Virus record (IMG/VR): IMGVR_UViG_3300025354_000006 | Span: 1 to 36,175 of that record | Source: a virus | Taxonomy: Duplodnaviria > Caudoviricetes | Reading direction: 5' to 3' (one strand) | DNA length: 36,175 bases | Part shown: piece after piece, positions 33,768 through 36,175 of the stretch | Layout: every line of letters starts with the position of its first letter | How positions within the stretch are numbered: position 1 is the stretch's first letter | Made by a program: the position numbers and the translations under genes | Notes under the pieces: generated by a model | What the model was told of the DNA's origin: nothing | Database searches by the model: none | The model's input: the letters and a program-made list of their open reading frames with translations, nothing else

Positions 33768-35137
33768 GGCTCTACAGGTCGCCAGTTGACGGTGTTGTCT
33801 TCCTGGTCAACGAAGGCACCAAGACTCGATACCGGCTTGACCCTGCCGAGATTCCTTCTCTGACCAAGATCTATGGTTCAGTCATTGATGCTGCTGAAGG
33901 CCAGCTAAGCATTCGTGCCGGCTTCGTTGAGGGGCCCCGAGCATCTACGGTCTTCGGTGGCATCTCTGGCATGGAAGCTGTGGCCTCTGGTGACAAGGTC
34001 AACCCATTCTCCTGGGGAGCTAAGCCGATTGGTTCGCCTAGCCATATCGAAGGCAAGGCCCCCCAGGATGCCAAGTTCATGTATGGGTCTGGGGAATACT
34101 GGCTGGTAACCTCAGATGGCACTCGACATCATGCACGAAACCAGGCCCAGGTTGATGCCCTCTATAAGCTCTACGGTGTCCCCCAGGTAAGTACCAAGCA
34201 GCAGATCGAGGCATCGACTCACAAGGCATCTGGAGTCCTGGACTACTTCGGATTCCAGTCGGTTGAGCAGCTTGAGCAGCTTGAGTCTCCCTTCCCTGAC
34301 ACTACGCCTCCCAATGATGTTGGCAGGTCCTTCGTTGATGAAGCCAGGCGCAGGTATCCCCACATGCCTGAGGAACTTCTCCAGGTCTATGCCGACAAGT
34401 GGCAGGAGACTGGGGATGCAGCCCTAGCGATGGAGGAAGTCAGGGAAAGCCCTAGGTATGAGGTTTACTTCCCTGGCAACCGAAAGCAGAACGGTCAGCT
34501 TGCAATGTCTGAGGCTGACTACATGACCTACCGGGATCGTGTCACCCAGATGATGCGCTCGGTTGGCATGCCTGAAGGTTTCTACGATGAGCCCGAAGAC
34601 TTCGCAGAGTTCGTCAACAGGGGCCTAAGCCTCCAGGAGATTCAGTCACGCATCATGGAGGGTTGGACTGCGATGCAGTTTGCCCCCTCAGATGTCCGTG
34701 AGACCTTTGCTCAGTACTACGGACCCAACTCGGATGCTGCACTGGCTAGCTACTTTATTGACCCAGACCGTGCAGAGAAGGTCATCCTTCAACATGTTAC
34801 CGCTGCACAGATTGGGGCCACAGCCAGGCGTACTGGATTCGGTGATCTCTCGCAGGGTCAGTCTGAGAGGTTGGCCGGCTTGGGCGTTGATCCGGGTCAG
34901 GCAGTTGATCAGTTCTCGGCCATGGCCATGCAGAGGCAGATCTTCGGTCAACTACCCGGTGAAGTCCAACCTGGAGTCTCCCAAGAGGAAGCCCTTGGTG
35001 CAGTCTTTGAAGGTGATTCCCAGTCGCGAGAGAGGATCAGAAGGCGTCAAGAGGGTCGAGTCTCAAAATTCCAGGGTGGCGGATCAGCAATTACAGCAGA
35101 ATCCGGCATCGCTGGTTTGAGAAGTGCTACAAACTAG
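33764..35137 (+). CDS. Putative virion protein, unknown function
   Basis: 457-aa ORF, ATGA overlap. Confidence 0.75.
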   Translation: MRLYRSPVDGVVFLVNEGTKTRYRLDPAEIPSLTKIYGSVIDAAEGQLSIRAGFVEGPRASTVFGGISGMEAVASGDKVNPFSWGAKPIGSPSHIEGKAPQDAKFMYGSGEYWLVTSDGTRHHARNQAQVDALYKLYGVPQVSTKQQIEASTHKASGVLDYFGFQSVEQLEQLESPFPDTTPPNDVGRSFVDEARRRYPHMPEELLQVYADKWQETGDAALAMEEVRESPRYEVYFPGNRKQNGQLAMSEADYMTYRDRVTQMMRSVGMPEGFYDEPEDFAEFVNRGLSLQEIQSRIMEGWTAMQFAPSDVRETFAQYYGPNSDAALASYFIDPDRAEKVILQHVTAAQIGATARRTGFGDLSQGQSERLAGLGVDPGQAVDQFSAMAMQRQIFGQLPGEVQPGVSQEEALGAVFEGDSQSRERIRRRQEGRVSKFQGGGSAITAESGIAGLRSATN

Positions 35138-35220
35138 AGTTAATGGTGAGCTAAGGCCATAGGGGTCTTGGCCCAGAGGAGCCACAGCGTTTCTCCCGGC
35201 GTTGTGCGGCCTAGAAAGGG

Positions 35221-35679
35221 ATGATGACAATGACCGATATTTCTAACCCCGAGTACGACTACCAAGAGGAACCCGTCGAGGAACCCCAGGAATCTTCAGG
35301 TATTGCTTCTCTGCGCAAGGCGTTTGAGGAGAACCAGAAGAAAGTCCGGGACCTTGAACGCAATCTCGCTTTGTCGAAGGCTGGCATCCCTGAGGATCAT
35401 CCGGCTTTGCCGTTGTTCCAGAAGGTAGATGATGTTGACTGGAGCGCACCCGACAAGGTTCGAGAGGCCGCAGAGCGCTACGGACTTCTGACCCCCCAAA
35501 CCACAGCACCAGAAGTCCCAGCAGATGAGCAGCAGGCTCACGCCCGGATGTCCGATGCAGTGACCACAGGTGAAAGCATTGACCCCAATGCTGATAAACC
35601 GTGGTTGAAGCCCGGACTCTCCAAGGATGAGGCTATGGCTCTGTACTCTCAACACAAGGGTTTCGCCAACCTTCAGTAG
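35221..35679 (+). CDS. Capsid scaffolding protein
   Basis: Acidic N-terminus, coiled coil (LRKAFEENQKKVRDLER), directly before the MCP. Confidence 0.7.
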   Translation: MMTMTDISNPEYDYQEEPVEEPQESSGIASLRKAFEENQKKVRDLERNLALSKAGIPEDHPALPLFQKVDDVDWSAPDKVREAAERYGLLTPQTTAPEVPADEQQAHARMSDAVTTGESIDPNADKPWLKPGLSKDEAMALYSQHKGFANLQ

Positions 35680-35707
35680 TCCGATCGGGGGTCATAAGGA
35701 CCCCTAA

Positions 35708-36175
35708 ATGGCAATCTATGGAACCGGGGATTCCGGGTTCGATCAGGTCTCTTGGGACTTGTTCACCCGGTTTGCCCTTCGACCGGAACTGTTCTACGAC
35801 CGCATCGCTTCGGTTCAGGCCACCAACCTCGATAAGCGTGGTTCGACCGTTCGATTTACGAAGACCGCCGACCTTGCTGCGGCTACCACGCCTCTGAGTG
35901 AGAAGGTTGACGTCGATGGTGTGACGTTCTCTGACTCGAATGTTGACGTGGTGCTGGACGAGTACGGTAACGCTGTTGTGACCACTGCCCGCATCCGGGG
36001 TACTAGCTACCTGGACGTGGACCCCGTGGTCGCAAACCTGCTGGGCTACAACGCCGGGCTCTCGATTGACACGATCACTCGTGATGTCCTGCATGATGGT
36101 GACAACGTCCACTATTCGGACGCTACTGCCACCCAGGCCAACAGCCAGGCTACTGATGTTCTTGCTGCTGATATT
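35708..36175 (+). CDS. Major capsid protein, N4-gp56-like (3' truncated)
   Basis: AAGGA RBS; FALRPELFYD...GSTVRF...PLSE...LDEYGNAV...NAGLSIDT; open to window end, absent from track. Confidence 0.88.
   Translation, partial: MAIYGTGDSGFDQVSWDLFTRFALRPELFYDRIASVQATNLDKRGSTVRFTKTADLAAATTPLSEKVDVDGVTFSDSNVDVVLDEYGNAVVTTARIRGTSYLDVDPVVANLLGYNAGLSIDTITRDVLHDGDNVHYSDATATQANSQATDVLAADI

Noticed and set aside
1-36175. Stop-codon reassignment, DGR or retron
   Set aside because: Large genes are uninterrupted in the standard code, TAG/TGA/TAA all end coupled genes, and no reverse transcriptase motifs were seen.

Overview
The window is most of the genome of a probably temperate tailed phage (~58-60% GC by eye), with a podovirus-like head module and an inferred Actinomycetota host (WhiB-family gene, actinobacterial-type dif site, SigA-like promoters). 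Phage sequence on both sides of an intact attP suggests the unintegrated, circularly permuted form. Left to right: (1) end of a rightward operon, terminator, attP and tyrosine integrase; (2) a leftward block of small genes and a Toprim primase domain; (3) a divergent control region with an unusual 8/4 tRNA-Ser(UGA); (4) a rightward replication/recombination operon (Cas4/RecB-like nuclease, SSB, DnaB-like helicase, Hjc-like resolvase, separate CHC2 primase Zn-finger, WhiB-AP2 fusion); (5) a leftward early operon (clamp-like protein, pentapeptide-repeat protein, many small ORFs) punctuated by four tRNA-minihelix-like elements; (6) a ~1.3 kb non-coding region with a dif site and G-rich repeats; (7) the late operon (terminase, portal, large putative internal virion proteins, transglycosylase-NlpC/P60, scaffold, start of the major capsid gene). 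The most novel-looking signals are non-coding: the minihelices, the 5'-half-tRNA attP, the dif site and three families of dispersed repeats. All calls were made by eye, without database searches.
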